From: Anthoceros angustus
Lineage: Eukaryota > Plantae > Anthocerotophyta
Reading direction: 5' to 3'
Assembly: GCA_010909165.1 (NCBI GenBank)
Contig: VJWM01000007.1
Span: 558,001 to 622,000 of the forward strand
Length of the DNA stretch: 64,000 bases
Shown: positions 23,261-34,299 of the stretch, in pieces
Numbering within the stretch: the stretch's first letter is position 1
Layout of the letters: each line of letters opens with the position of its first letter
The notes under the pieces: generated by a model
Seen by the model: the letters and a program-made list of their open reading frames with translations, nothing else
Databases searched by the model: none
Told to the model about the DNA's origin: nothing
Position numbers and translations under genes: made by a program

Positions 23261-26200
23261 CTACTCCACGCTGCTCACCTTCACCTGTCGAGCGTCTGGT
23301 GAGTTCCAAAACTTGTACAGCAGTTCTCTGGACAGTCTCAAAGAGAATCTGTCATAGGCATCAGGCCCCTCCCAAGATCCCTTCCCGTTCATCTTGGCAT
23401 CCACCAAGTCCGTAACAAGCCTTCTCACCTGTGGATAAGGACAAATGACTGCTGATGAGATCCGCTGCTATGCAGGATGCATGCATAAAAACACCCATGC
23501 GATCTGATGAGCTACCTTCACAGGAATGAGCGACAGGCCTTCTTCAATCGCCTCCTCCAGTGCCTGAACAGTCCAGTGCCTCCTTACAGGTATTGCCAAC
23601 AGAGGCTTCCGCAAAGATTTCGCTTGGTCCATAATTGCGCGTATGGTGACAGGGGACACCGCATCAGGTACTGCCTTGCAATTATGTAAAGGGACGACAC
23701 GTCCGCTTGAAGGATCAAAAAATGTGCACAACACAACTGGAAGCTCTCTTGATGTTGAGCTGTCCACCTCGCTGTCGATGGGATCAAGCAGCACCTGCAG
23801 AAATCAGAAAGTTGAAGGACCTTACAACCTTTCCAGATTTGAATTGTAGGGACTGACAAACCAGATTGTCGAACCTTGAGTGCAAGATGAGAGGAAATAT
23901 CCCCTGCCCAATGCAGAGCATCCACTTGCACTTTTGCCCTCAAGACCCTGCTCAGATCGTCAGTCGTCATGAATGTGGGACTCTGCATCAAGTAGACAAG
24001 GTTACAGAGTCGAGAGAGAAGTCCCATCCCAACTTCGAAGAAAGTGCTCATCCCCCACTCTCCACCAACAAACACTAGCTACCTCAGAACAAGCAACAGA
24101 TTAAAGACGCTCATACCGTTATGGTGCATGATCGGGGACCTTTCAAACAACAGACATTGTAGTGGCCAAAGGGGCAGTGTCTGACAGGACAGAGGAACAA
24201 GTGATATGACATAGGATACTGCAACATGAGATATGTTTGAATACTTGATGCATCACTCTACCTGCACCGATTTCCGCAACAGGTTCCGCGCTCACGTAAA
24301 GCTCTCCTTGTGAATACCATGTAACCTTCATATAAACGGATATGGGGCACAACACACAAAAGCCTATGAGGACTTATACTTGTAACAGGCGTCTCACACT
24401 CTCACTTAGCTGATCCAGACTCCAGCCATATAGGATCTTCTCACCAGTCTTGGGATCTTGGTACATGCTCTGTCCTTGCTGACAGGCTGCATCATGGGCT
24501 TGTTCTATGTCATGTGACAAGGGTAGTTCCTCCCACCTGTCATCCATCACTTCATCCCATGGGTCAAGAAATCCTTCGCCTTCAACCCCTTTCCAACCAT
24601 TCCCACAATGTATATCATCTGCGGAAATCTTGAATTCCTTAAAGGATGTCTCTTCAGGTATCCATCTCTCCCATGGGAAGTCGGTGGGCATACATGCAGG
24701 AGTTTCATTCAGAAGTCCAACTAACCTGCAGCAGCGGAAGAGCAGAGGTGTTAGGGGCAATTGGATGTGGACCTGGCATCCCAAAGACCGCTTGAACACA
24801 CTCTGATAATTTCACACACCATTCAAAGGCATCAACAATGCGGGGGCCAGAGCGGTTGAACATCTGATTGCCGTCCACAAGAACAACCCGACCCTGCTTC
24901 ACAGCCCGCAGATTCTTCCACCACGTCTTCGTGACAACGTTCTTGAGCTCCTTCTGAAACTTGTGGCAAATACTTCAGAATTCAAAAGCACACAGAAACC
25001 AGATTGACCAATTGAACAAGTCGCCTGATATAGCACCAGTTCAGGGGTCACTGCATTACTCCACAGCTCTAACCTTGGTTGTAGGGATGTCGAGTCCACA
25101 TGGACTAACAATCACCCAATCAGGATCTGCATCGGATACAGCCTCAGGAGAGACTCGAAATGACTCTCTTGCGCTCCTGCACATTGCCCCACCCACAGTA
25201 AGCAAACGAACTAGAATCACACACACTCCCACCGTCTCTGAGATGACGCCTTCCTGATAAACCTTTCATCTACTCTAGACATTGTGAAATGTTCCCGGCA
25301 AGCCCTCTCTCACAGTCTGGAGTAATGACAGTACGTGTTACTCTCCACCCTGCAAATGAAGGACTGCACCAGCGAATGGGCATTGACTACTCACGCTTGC
25401 CCAAAGCATGTGGAAGGATTCAAGGGATGTACTCCTCCAGCCATCTCAATAAGCTGTGGAGTCCAATGACCACCACAAAAAATGGGATCCGTCCACTCCA
25501 TGAACACCACCCGGGGCCTTTCACTCATGTCTCCACCTTTGACTAGGGCTGTAGCATGTGCTATTCGTTGCTTCAACAATGCAACCACACTTTGTGACTC
25601 AGCACCCTGGCCTGCAGGGTACACCAACAACTGGATGAGGAACACAGACTGAGCCACACAGAAGCAGAAATCCATTCGGCATTGAAAGACAAATAAAAAA
25701 TACCAATGGCTTGGCCGACTCGGATGATATCTTCCAAAATGTCCTGGACACTATTTGGGTTCAAACTAAGAACTCGAGGAACAGGATTTAGCTCCCTACA
25801 CCGCAAGAGTGCTTGGGTTACTAGTTACATCCAACCGGCCTGCGAATCCTAAAATTCAGGATTCCAGCTAGACAAGCAAAATCTCACAGTACCGTGCTAT
25901 TCTCATCACGAGGCTGTGGTCAATAGCGCAGACGCTGCATAATGCTTGGGTGATAATCACATCAGGTCTCAGTGATTTCAGCAACTGCGCATCCAGAAAG
26001 TAAAGCCCTTCTCCCTTGGCCAAAGATTCAGATACCTTGCTGTCAATATCTGCAGAGGAAAATATGACCGTGCTGAAGTTCAGGGCAGGTAGAGAGGACG
26101 CCCTGCCTTCAAAGAGGTAAACTAGTCCATACCTGAAGAAGTAGTAAAGGAATATCTAGCTGCTGTGAGCGTTGGCCGATCAATGATGATCGGGGGGTAA

Positions 26201-26412
26201 TCGTCCTCGTGCCCTCTACCCACCAGTTTGCTCGCTCCATCCACGATGCAGACCATTTCCGTAGCTGCGGGGAGCAGGGACACGACTCTCATCTCTCCCG
26301 CTGCAGTAGATGAAGCCATTGCGGTGTCGTGAAGACGACCCAGCGGCTGCCGGATTGGAAGAACGGGCGAACACCGTATCCGACGATAAGCAGCTTTCAA
26401 GACGGACCGCAT
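23261..26412 (-). CDS. Multi-exon fusion protein: BtuF-like/cobalamin-binding family substrate-binding domain + DUF5522-type Cys motif + degenerate PP-loop (Dph6/AANH-like) domain
   Basis: GT-AG exons join in phase to give 'MRVVSLLPAATEM..LVGRGHEDDYP', 'PDVIITQALCSVCA', 'EWTDPIFCGGHWTPQLIEMAGG', 'PDWVIVSPCGLD', 'DGNQMFNRSGPRIVDAFEW', 'AACQQGQSMYQDPKTGYMVFT..RGTCCGNRCRHCPFGH', 'VDALHWAGDISSHLAL' and 'VVLCTFFD..IMDQAKSLRKPLLAIPV'. In-frame ATGs at 26412 and 26319; the last exon and stop (23261) are less certain. Confidence 0.85.
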
Positions 26413-27158
26413 GGACTAAATTCGGAACAATTCGATTGCAACGATTCGACCATAGCCGATGCGTGCGTGCTTACTGTATCAATTGTCCACATACAATATT
26501 GCAAATGTACAAAATAAGCCACTTTTCTGATGATCAGGAGAGCGAGGTGCCGTCTGAGCGCATGGCACGCGCAGAGGTTGAGGCTACGTCCGGCGTGGCT
26601 CGCCTGTCCAGATTAGTTTTGATTCCAGATATCTCCTGACAAGGGACACGGTAGGTTAGATCTGAACAGTAGCTGCTGGAAGATGTCGGGGCTCACCTTC
26701 ATGAGGTGGAACCTCACGTGACTCGGTAGCACTCTCCTCCCCACACAAATCATCGCCGTCTGGGAGTAATGCATCAACGCATCCGCTGCTGCTTGCCTCC
26801 TGGCATCTGTCTGCGGACAATCACAGCTACCATCAAATTTTCAGCCTCGCACCAGCTGCCGCTGCTGCCTGATCCTACCCTGGCCAAGGAAATGACCTGG
26901 AAATCGTCATGCACAGGGTACAGGACGGAGAGATGGTCTACTGCCATTTCATCCGAGTCGATGCCGCACGGGGCCGCGATTTCACAGCGCGCCTCTTCAC
27001 TCATCCTGCTCCAAACAAACGGCCCCGCTTTGCCTGCCGTCCCCGGAACGAAGGTAAAACCTATGTGCGTACGGACAACATACATAACCATATTTGCTTA
27101 CAGATAAGGCAGCGGACAGCGGTACCGACACAGGTCACAAATACTTGCAATCTTGGCG

Positions 27159-28058
27159 ATGGCGGCTGCGTTCAGCTGCCAGGCCCTGGCCGGCGCAGCG
27201 TCCTCCGCCGCGCTGCCGCCTCGGACTGCGCTCTTGGCTTCCCCTGGGGTCTGCTCCGCGCAGCACGGAAAGCTCTGGAGCAGCGTTTGCGCAGGCACAG
27301 GGAGGCGAGCCAGCGCGCTTGTGCGGGCTCACTCAGAGACAGAGGTGGCAGTGAGTCGGGCGGCGTGCCCGGCAGTGAAGCCCCAGGTTGACGCGTCCGC
27401 CTTTGCGGCGTTGGATTTGCGCGTGGGATTGATCGTGAGTCAGTTCGCCTCAACCAGCTCAGGACGCTCTGCTTGCGCTTGGCTTGTCATTGACCATGGG
27501 GCAACTGCCATCAGATAGACGCCAAGGCTGTAGAGGACGCGGCCATGAGTGCCAAGCGGGGCAAGCCAACGCAAAGCAGGACGCATCTCCAGCTTACTGT
27601 AAGTGTGCGGTATGGTTCGCAAGGCTTGGACTGGGGCAGGCAAGGCTTGGACAAGCTGCCCTACTGTGCGTTCGAATAACGGCCTTCTACGTCGCAGGTA
27701 GACATCGGGTGCGAGGTGCGGACGGTGGTGTCGGAATGCAGGTATGTCATGGATGTGGAGGACGCTGTGGGGAAGAAGGTTCTGTTCGTCGCAAATGTGC
27801 CGCCATCTGACATTCACGGCGTTCGCAGCCACGGTGTGTCTTCGCTCTCTCCTTTTCTGCTGCTACCGCCGCGGCCTGCAGAGCCACTTCGTTGCCAACT
27901 TAGCTTTTCGGGTTTGCTCTTTCTTTGTTGTGCAGGTTTCATTCTCACTGGTTACAACTACGACCCCACGCCGATGCCACGGGTTTAAGCTCATTTTACC
28001 CGGCCTGGGGAAATTACCCCCCGGTTCGCAGCTCCTTGAGGCTGCCGTGCCTTCATGA
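27159..28058 (+). CDS. Stand-alone tRNA-binding OB-fold (Trbp111/CsaA/EMAPII-like) protein with plastid-type transit peptide, copy A (4 exons; apparent 2-nt loss near 27982)
   Basis: 'FAALDLRVGLI|IDAKAV..LQLT|VDIGCEVRTVVS..VGKKVLFVANVPPSDIHGVRSHG|FIL..LPPGSQL', preceded by an Ala/Ser-rich N-terminus. Confidence 0.8.
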
Positions 28059-28719
28059 CTCCGAATGAGTAATAGGCAAATTGTAATAGGACGCCTTTCG
28101 GGAATGTCAACCGGAGAACCACATCCGGAGTCCGGACTCGTATTAGCTAACCCCTTAACGACGGGAAGTCCCGAATTTGGACTTCAGGGCACATCCGGAC
28201 TCTTATTAGCTAACCCCTTAATGATGGAAAGTCCCGAATTGGGAATGCAGGGCATTCTGCATCCAATTACGGCCGACCTAAAAATTTTGGGTGTTGTGGC
28301 TCATCTCTTCGGCATTACGCGCTCACTTCTCATCCGAAGAGCAAAAAAGTGGGACGGAACTCAGCCTTCGAAAGGATGAGACGCTGAAGGAATCACCATA
28401 GCCACTTCTTGGACACGCACCGAACCGAACCGATCTACTCAATCTCCGCAATGGCTGCCGACCGCACCGAATTGATCTACTCATGATAATAGTACAATCT
28501 TGTGTACTATATTTTCAAAGAGAGCACAAAGAGTGAAGTCTAATACAAACTCAAAACTCCTCTAATCCAACTCAAACCTCAAGCCGAATCATGCTCATCT
28601 TCTCTAAACATCGAGCTCGCAACGCGCTAGTTTGAGCTGCATACATAACCATATTTGCTTACAGATAAGGCGGCGGACAGCGGTACCGACACAGGTCACA
28701 AATACTTGCAATCTTGGCG

Positions 28720-29619
28720 ATGGCGGCTGCGTTCAGCTGCCAGGCCTGGCCGGCGCAGCGTCCTCCGCCGCGCTGCCGCCTCGGACTGCGCTCTTGGCTT
28801 CCCCTGGGGTCTGCTCCGCGCAGCACGGAAAGCTCTGGAGCAGCGTTTGCGCAGGCACAGGGAGGCGAGCCAGCGCGCTTGTGCGGGCTCACTCAGAGAC
28901 AGAGGTGGCAGTGAGTCGGGCGGCGTGCCCGGCAGTGAAGCCCCAGGTTGACGCGTCCGCCTTTGCGGCGTTGGATTTGCGCGTGGGATTGATCGTGAGT
29001 CAGTTCGCCTCAACCAGCTCAGGACGCTCTGCTTGCGCTTGGCTTGTCATTGACCATGGGGCAACTGCCATCAGATAGACGCCAAGGCTGTAGAGGACGC
29101 GGCCATGAGTGCCAAGCAGGCAAGCCAACGCAAAGCAGGACGCATCTCCAGCTTACTGTAAGTGTGCGGTATGGTTCGCAAGGCTTGGACTGGGGCAGGC
29201 AAGGCTTGGACAAGCTGCCCTACTGTGCGTTCGAATAACGGCCTTCTACGTCGCAGGTAGACATCAGGTGCGAGGTGCGGACGGTGGTGTCGGAATGCAG
29301 GTATGTCATGGATGTGGAGGACGCTGTGGGGAAGAAGGTTCTGTTCGTCGCAAATGTGCCGCCATCTGACATTCACGGCGTTCGCAGCCACGGTGTGTCT
29401 TCGCTCTCTCCTTTTCTGCTGCTACCGCCGCGGCCTGCAGAGCCACTTCGTTGCCAACTTAGCTTTTCGGGTTTGCTCTTTCTTTGTTGTGCAGGTTTCA
29501 TTCTCACTGGTTACAACTACGACCCCACGCCGATGCCACGGAGTTTTAAGCTCATTTTACCCGGCCTGGGGAAATTACCCCCCGGTTCGCAGCTCCTTGA
29601 GGCTGCCGTGCCTTCATGA
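28720..29619 (+). pseudogene. tRNA-binding OB-fold gene, tandem copy B (1-nt deletions near 28744 and 29118)
   Basis: Near-identical to copy A. The last exon is intact but exons 1 and 2 are frameshifted in homopolymer runs (real or assembly error). Confidence 0.65.
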
Positions 29620-31229
29620 CTCCGAATGAGTAATAGGCAAATTGTAATAGGACGCCTTTCGGGAATGTCAACCGGAGAACCACATCCGGAGTCCGGACTC
29701 GTATTAGCTAACCCCGACGGGAAGTCCCGAATTTGGACTTCAGGGCACATCCGGACTCTTATTAGCTAACCCCTTAATGATGGAAAGTCCCGAATTGGGA
29801 ATGCAGGGCATTCTGCATCCAATTACGGCCGACCTAAAAATTTTGGGTGTTGTGGCTCATCTCTTCGGCATTACGCGCTCACTTCTCATCCGAAGAGCAA
29901 AAAAGTGGGACGGAACTCAGCCTTCGAAAGGATGAGACGCTGAAGGAATCACCATAGCCACTTCTTGGACACGCACCGAACCGAACCGATCTACTCAATC
30001 TCCGCAATGGCTGCCGACCGCACCGAATTGATCTACTCATGATAATAGTACAATCTTGTGTACTATATTTTCAAAGAGAGCACAAAGAGTGAAGTCTAAT
30101 ACAAACTCAAAACTCCTCTAATCCAACTCAAACCTCAAGCCGAATCATGCTCATCTTCTCTAAACATCGAGCTCGCAACGCGCTAGTTTCGAGCTGCATA
30201 CATAGCACTGGATATGGAGCGGAGACGCTTCATGCCTTCTGGAAAACCTTCCCTATCAAACTTTGACTGTTGTTCATGTATATTGTTGTCTTCAAATATT
30301 GAAGTATCAATATTTGTGCACACCCTATGTTGCAAGGGCCTGGTTTCTCCAACAACTAGAGATGCTTGCCTCGCCATACTATCCTGTTGTGCCGCATGAT
30401 TTCCCATGTCCATCTCACATTGTCGAGTTGTTTAGTGAGTGAGTTTTTGTATCTAGCCTTGCTTGTAAGGCTTGTGCCAGGTCTCTCCCCATCGTGGCAA
30501 GAAGACCCTTGTTGACTTGATTGAGATGTCAATGGAGGACTGGCTATGGAGTGTTCTTCACTTGGCGGTTCAGCCCTTCAAGGTTCTCATGAAATGTATC
30601 ATCAACTCATAGTCTTCGCCATGCACGCCGACAATCTGCGCAGAGAGGTGGCTACTCTCGAACGCTGGTCGGGAGGTTATTATACACTTTTCCGAGGTCT
30701 CATGGGATTTTTGTCGCAGGCTGCAAGAATCCACAATGCTTGGTCGGCTGCCGCCGTCTCCTTAGCACAAGCTTCTACTATGTTCCACACTCTCGGTGAA
30801 CTATGAAGGAGGTAGGCATGTGTCCTTCGCTGGATATTGACTTTCAAGTGCTGGATACTGACTTTCAAAGGAAGGGGAACTCAATTAAATTCATCTCAGC
30901 CCTCTCCTTCTACCGTTCTTCAGCCTTCATCTCCTCGACTGAATCAAATACAAGCTAGCTCCCAAACTCTCAAGTTTTTTGTTCAACAGTGGAAGAATAA
31001 GGTGACTCCGCTTCAAGAGGCATCTACAAGCCAAGCAGTAACAAATGTCTTTATTGGATAGGTTGATAAAGGTTTTAAGGTTGCCTAGGCTTTGGGATGT
31101 GTCGGTAGACAACTAATAGATTCTTTCCACACCACCACTAGCATGCTGACGGTGTGGGACCCTTTTGTGAGCGGTAGGAGGAGGTCTCTTTTTGTTTGCA
31201 CGGAGATCTTTAGCCTCTGCCTTTTTTTG

Positions 31230-31930
31230 TTTCTATGTATATGAAATATATAGTTGTTCTCGCTAAAAAAAAATTGAAACATATCTTATGTAACAAAAGA
31301 CATGCCTGGACAACCTTCAGTATATTAGAGATGTTGATGTCCAATCTCTTCATTAAACATCTTCAACGCACCTTAAATATCCCAAAAGCTTATTCAACTG
31401 CCTTGCAAGTGCTACTATGAACTTAATTCTAAAATGTCTGCAAAAGAAGATAAACCCTCTCATGATCCTCGAAAAAGGGTAAAGCATATAGAGACTGTGG
31501 CCAATACCCAGCATCACCGATAAGGCTATAATGGCCCAACATGCAAGCCTGACATTTTCGAGCCCAATATATGTACACCTTGTGCACCTTCTCTTGCAAA
31601 AAGCATGCACACACATATCACCTGTTAATGTTCCATAGCCAAAGAGATCACAAATTGTTTGCAACTTATCTCCGGAGGTTAGCCAATACAATGCCATGGG
31701 CACCTTGACTTCAACATAAATAGCTTTCCACAATTGGGTATCACATGTTAGAAGAGCTGGACCAAACTTCCTACATAAATCTTGATAAAGTACTTCAAGA
31801 AACTCAAACCCATTGCCTAAACATTTTGTCTGAAAAAAGAGGGTCATGAGTTTGTTGATCCATGTAGCCCTGATGCCTTTGCACAGTCCATGCAAACTTG
31901 CATATCTTGGGAAGTTTTTCCTGGCCACCT
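31230..31930 (-). mobile_element. Degraded, internally deleted second Harbinger nuclease
   Basis: 'MALYWLTSGDKLQTICDLFGYG' (HTH), 'LIGDAGYW' and 'VE*AFGIFKVR*RCL' in broken frames. Confidence 0.72.
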
Positions 31931-32859
31931 CACCCCTCTGCCTCCCTTGCCTTGTCCTCTCTCGTCTCCCACATTACAAATACTTCATTGTGCTCGTAAT
32001 GGATGTGCAATATAACACCTGCACCACCCGCACAAGAGTAGCGAAATACGGATATAGTCTACGTGAATGTGGGAAGGAAAACATGAAGGACAAGAGGCTC
32101 GTCGCAAATTACAAAAAAGATTGCAGCACACACACACTAGAACCGTGGAAAGGGCTACAACCCACCAAAAGCTGTTTCCTAGCGACACCCAGGAATGAGG
32201 TTCAGCCCAAACCTCATGGAGACAATCGTGAGCACAAGAGATGCCCTCATGGGCATGAATAGATTCACAATGTCCACTTGCTCCTCCGCCAGATCACTCT
32301 CAACCTCTGCCTCCATTCCAATCTGTAAAGTACAATCTATTTCCACTCCAACCTGTGTCTGTGTTAGAGAGTCTCGTGATTGAATTCCCACTCGGAATCC
32401 CGAATAACCATGGCGACGGGGAATAGATCGCCCGACAAGACAAATCGCTCTGGCTTGGCAAGCTCTCTCTCGCAATCCGCGGTCATGCTCCCTTCTCTCA
32501 TTTGTAAGTGAGTTTGTGCATGGTATTTGTGTTGGTACCTCCTTCCTACTTGGGAGCTCAAAGCTTCCTCCCTTGGATGTGCAAAGTATGGCTATTAAAA
32601 ATATGGCCACTCCTCAAAGATCTTTCCTTTTTTGCTTCCCGCCAACGCCAAGATTGCATATTTTGGTATTTCCAGACTCGTCCATATTGACAAGACCAAA
32701 ATAGAAAAGGCAGCTTGTGAACGGAGAAAATGCATGGAAAGAAAAAAGAGTGCAACTGCGGATGCCTCTCAAGACATTGAGCTTATGTCAGATTCAGAAT
32801 GTTCAGCCGAACCTATTCACCCATGACTAATTTGGAGTGAGCGATATTTTGATTTTGGC

Positions 32860-33700
32860 ACTTTCTAGCTCAAAACCATGACAATGTGGGAAGTGGGTTG
32901 ATGCACGATAGGGGTAAATCTTATTGGCGGACCATAAAAGAAGCAAGATTTCAGGTACACAGAAAGATAGCCATGGTACCCAACAGCTGCGAAGGGCTTG
33001 CTCAAGCCGGCGGGGCGATTAAGGTTTCCGCTCGGGACGAGTCTGGTCGGGTAACTTTGCAAATATATTTGAAGAAATCGGGCTTCTTTGCGGACATAAT
33101 CTGAAGCCAGTAGGTCTTGTTGTCTGCTAACACCCACCCGCTTGTCGTGATATCTGGTTCGTGAGGTGACATTCGTATAGCTGCACAATCTTTATGTTGA
33201 TGATCTTGCCCAGAACACATATAACAGCGTCTGTTTAGAAAGGGGTTTCTCCTGAAACCCCTTTTTGCACTTGAAAAAATTCGCACTATAATCAGGCTTT
33301 TTGATATTTCTCTGCAGACATGTTACCCGCAACCTTTTGAATAATTGTTTTGATACACTTTATTTGAGATTGTAGATTGCAAGTACGTGGCAAAAACCTA
33401 AAGTCCCATTCTCGTTCGGCTTTTTTTTTCAAACTGGACACAAAATTCACGCGCAAACTTATGCGCGCACTTACATCTAAATTGTCTCCAACATCTGGCA
33501 ATCATTGCCAGGTGTTGGACGTATAAAAATATTTAGAGTTTTTAGAGCTTGCTGTAATTACAGTGTAAACTTGTTTGCGCTACCTTCATTCATACTAGTC
33601 AATCCTATGACTATACTCTCGCTCAGAATTTTCACAGGACTTTGTTCCTTAGACATTGGGACAATAATATCTTCTTTGGCACGATGCTCTTGATCCACGT
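32860..33700 (-). mobile_element. Retroelement gag-like remnant
   Basis: CCHC zinc knuckle 'CYMCSGQDHQHKDC' in ORF 33002-33286, within stop-ridden frames. Confidence 0.45.
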
Positions 33701-34299
33701 CTAGTGCGAGAATGAGAGTGGCATAGTGCACGCACTTAGAGGCGGGCCCGGCGTCTCAAGATTCAAAAGATGCAAAGGTTCTCACTACTAGTTCAAAGTT
33801 TTAACCACTAGAAAAAGATGAGGGTTAAGTAAAGATAAGAACATATCCACATTAGGAGTTGCACAAAAAGGTTGAAAGCGTCGAAAGGAACCCTTTAAAA
33901 CAACAAAAATATCAAAAAAATACAAAAATTGTCAAAATTTTAGAGCAAGTCTGCGCACTTGCCAGATTTTTGTAATTTTTAGGGTTTTAGGGTTTTTAGA
34001 CTTTGCTCTTTTTCTTTGGATGAACCGTGCAGGAATGCACTAGGAGGCATGAACCATTTGGGTTCATGCTCCGAACCTTCTTGACCTTGGGTGCGGCGCA
34101 CTTGTGTGCACCGCCAGGCCTCACTTGCCCGGGTGTGCACACTTGTGCGCACCAGCGCCCAGATGTAGCCTGGTCTTGTACACGGGTTCAATGGCGTGAC
34201 TTTCGATGGCCCCGGGCGCGCACCAATCGTGTCGTTGTAGTAAGTCAGCTCCCAAGAGAATGATGGGCTCCGGTTACCTCGTTTCAATCGTTTCGTCCC

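Larger units (their letters stand above)
27079..30204. repeat. ~1.56-kb tandem duplication (27079-28639, 28640-30196) bounded by CATACATA
   Basis: Near-identical units, with CATACATA at 27079, 28640 and 30197. Confidence 0.95.

Noticed and set aside
23261-26412. Bacterial contamination as the source of the BtuF-like gene
   Set aside because: The gene has many spliceosomal introns of host-typical size and sits among plant genes.
26527-26640. U3-like or other C/D RNA (TGATGA...CTGA with TCAGGAGA/TCTCCTGA stem)
   Set aside because: There is no U3 5' domain (GAC/A'/A boxes), no recognisable guide, and the stem overlaps the putative D box.
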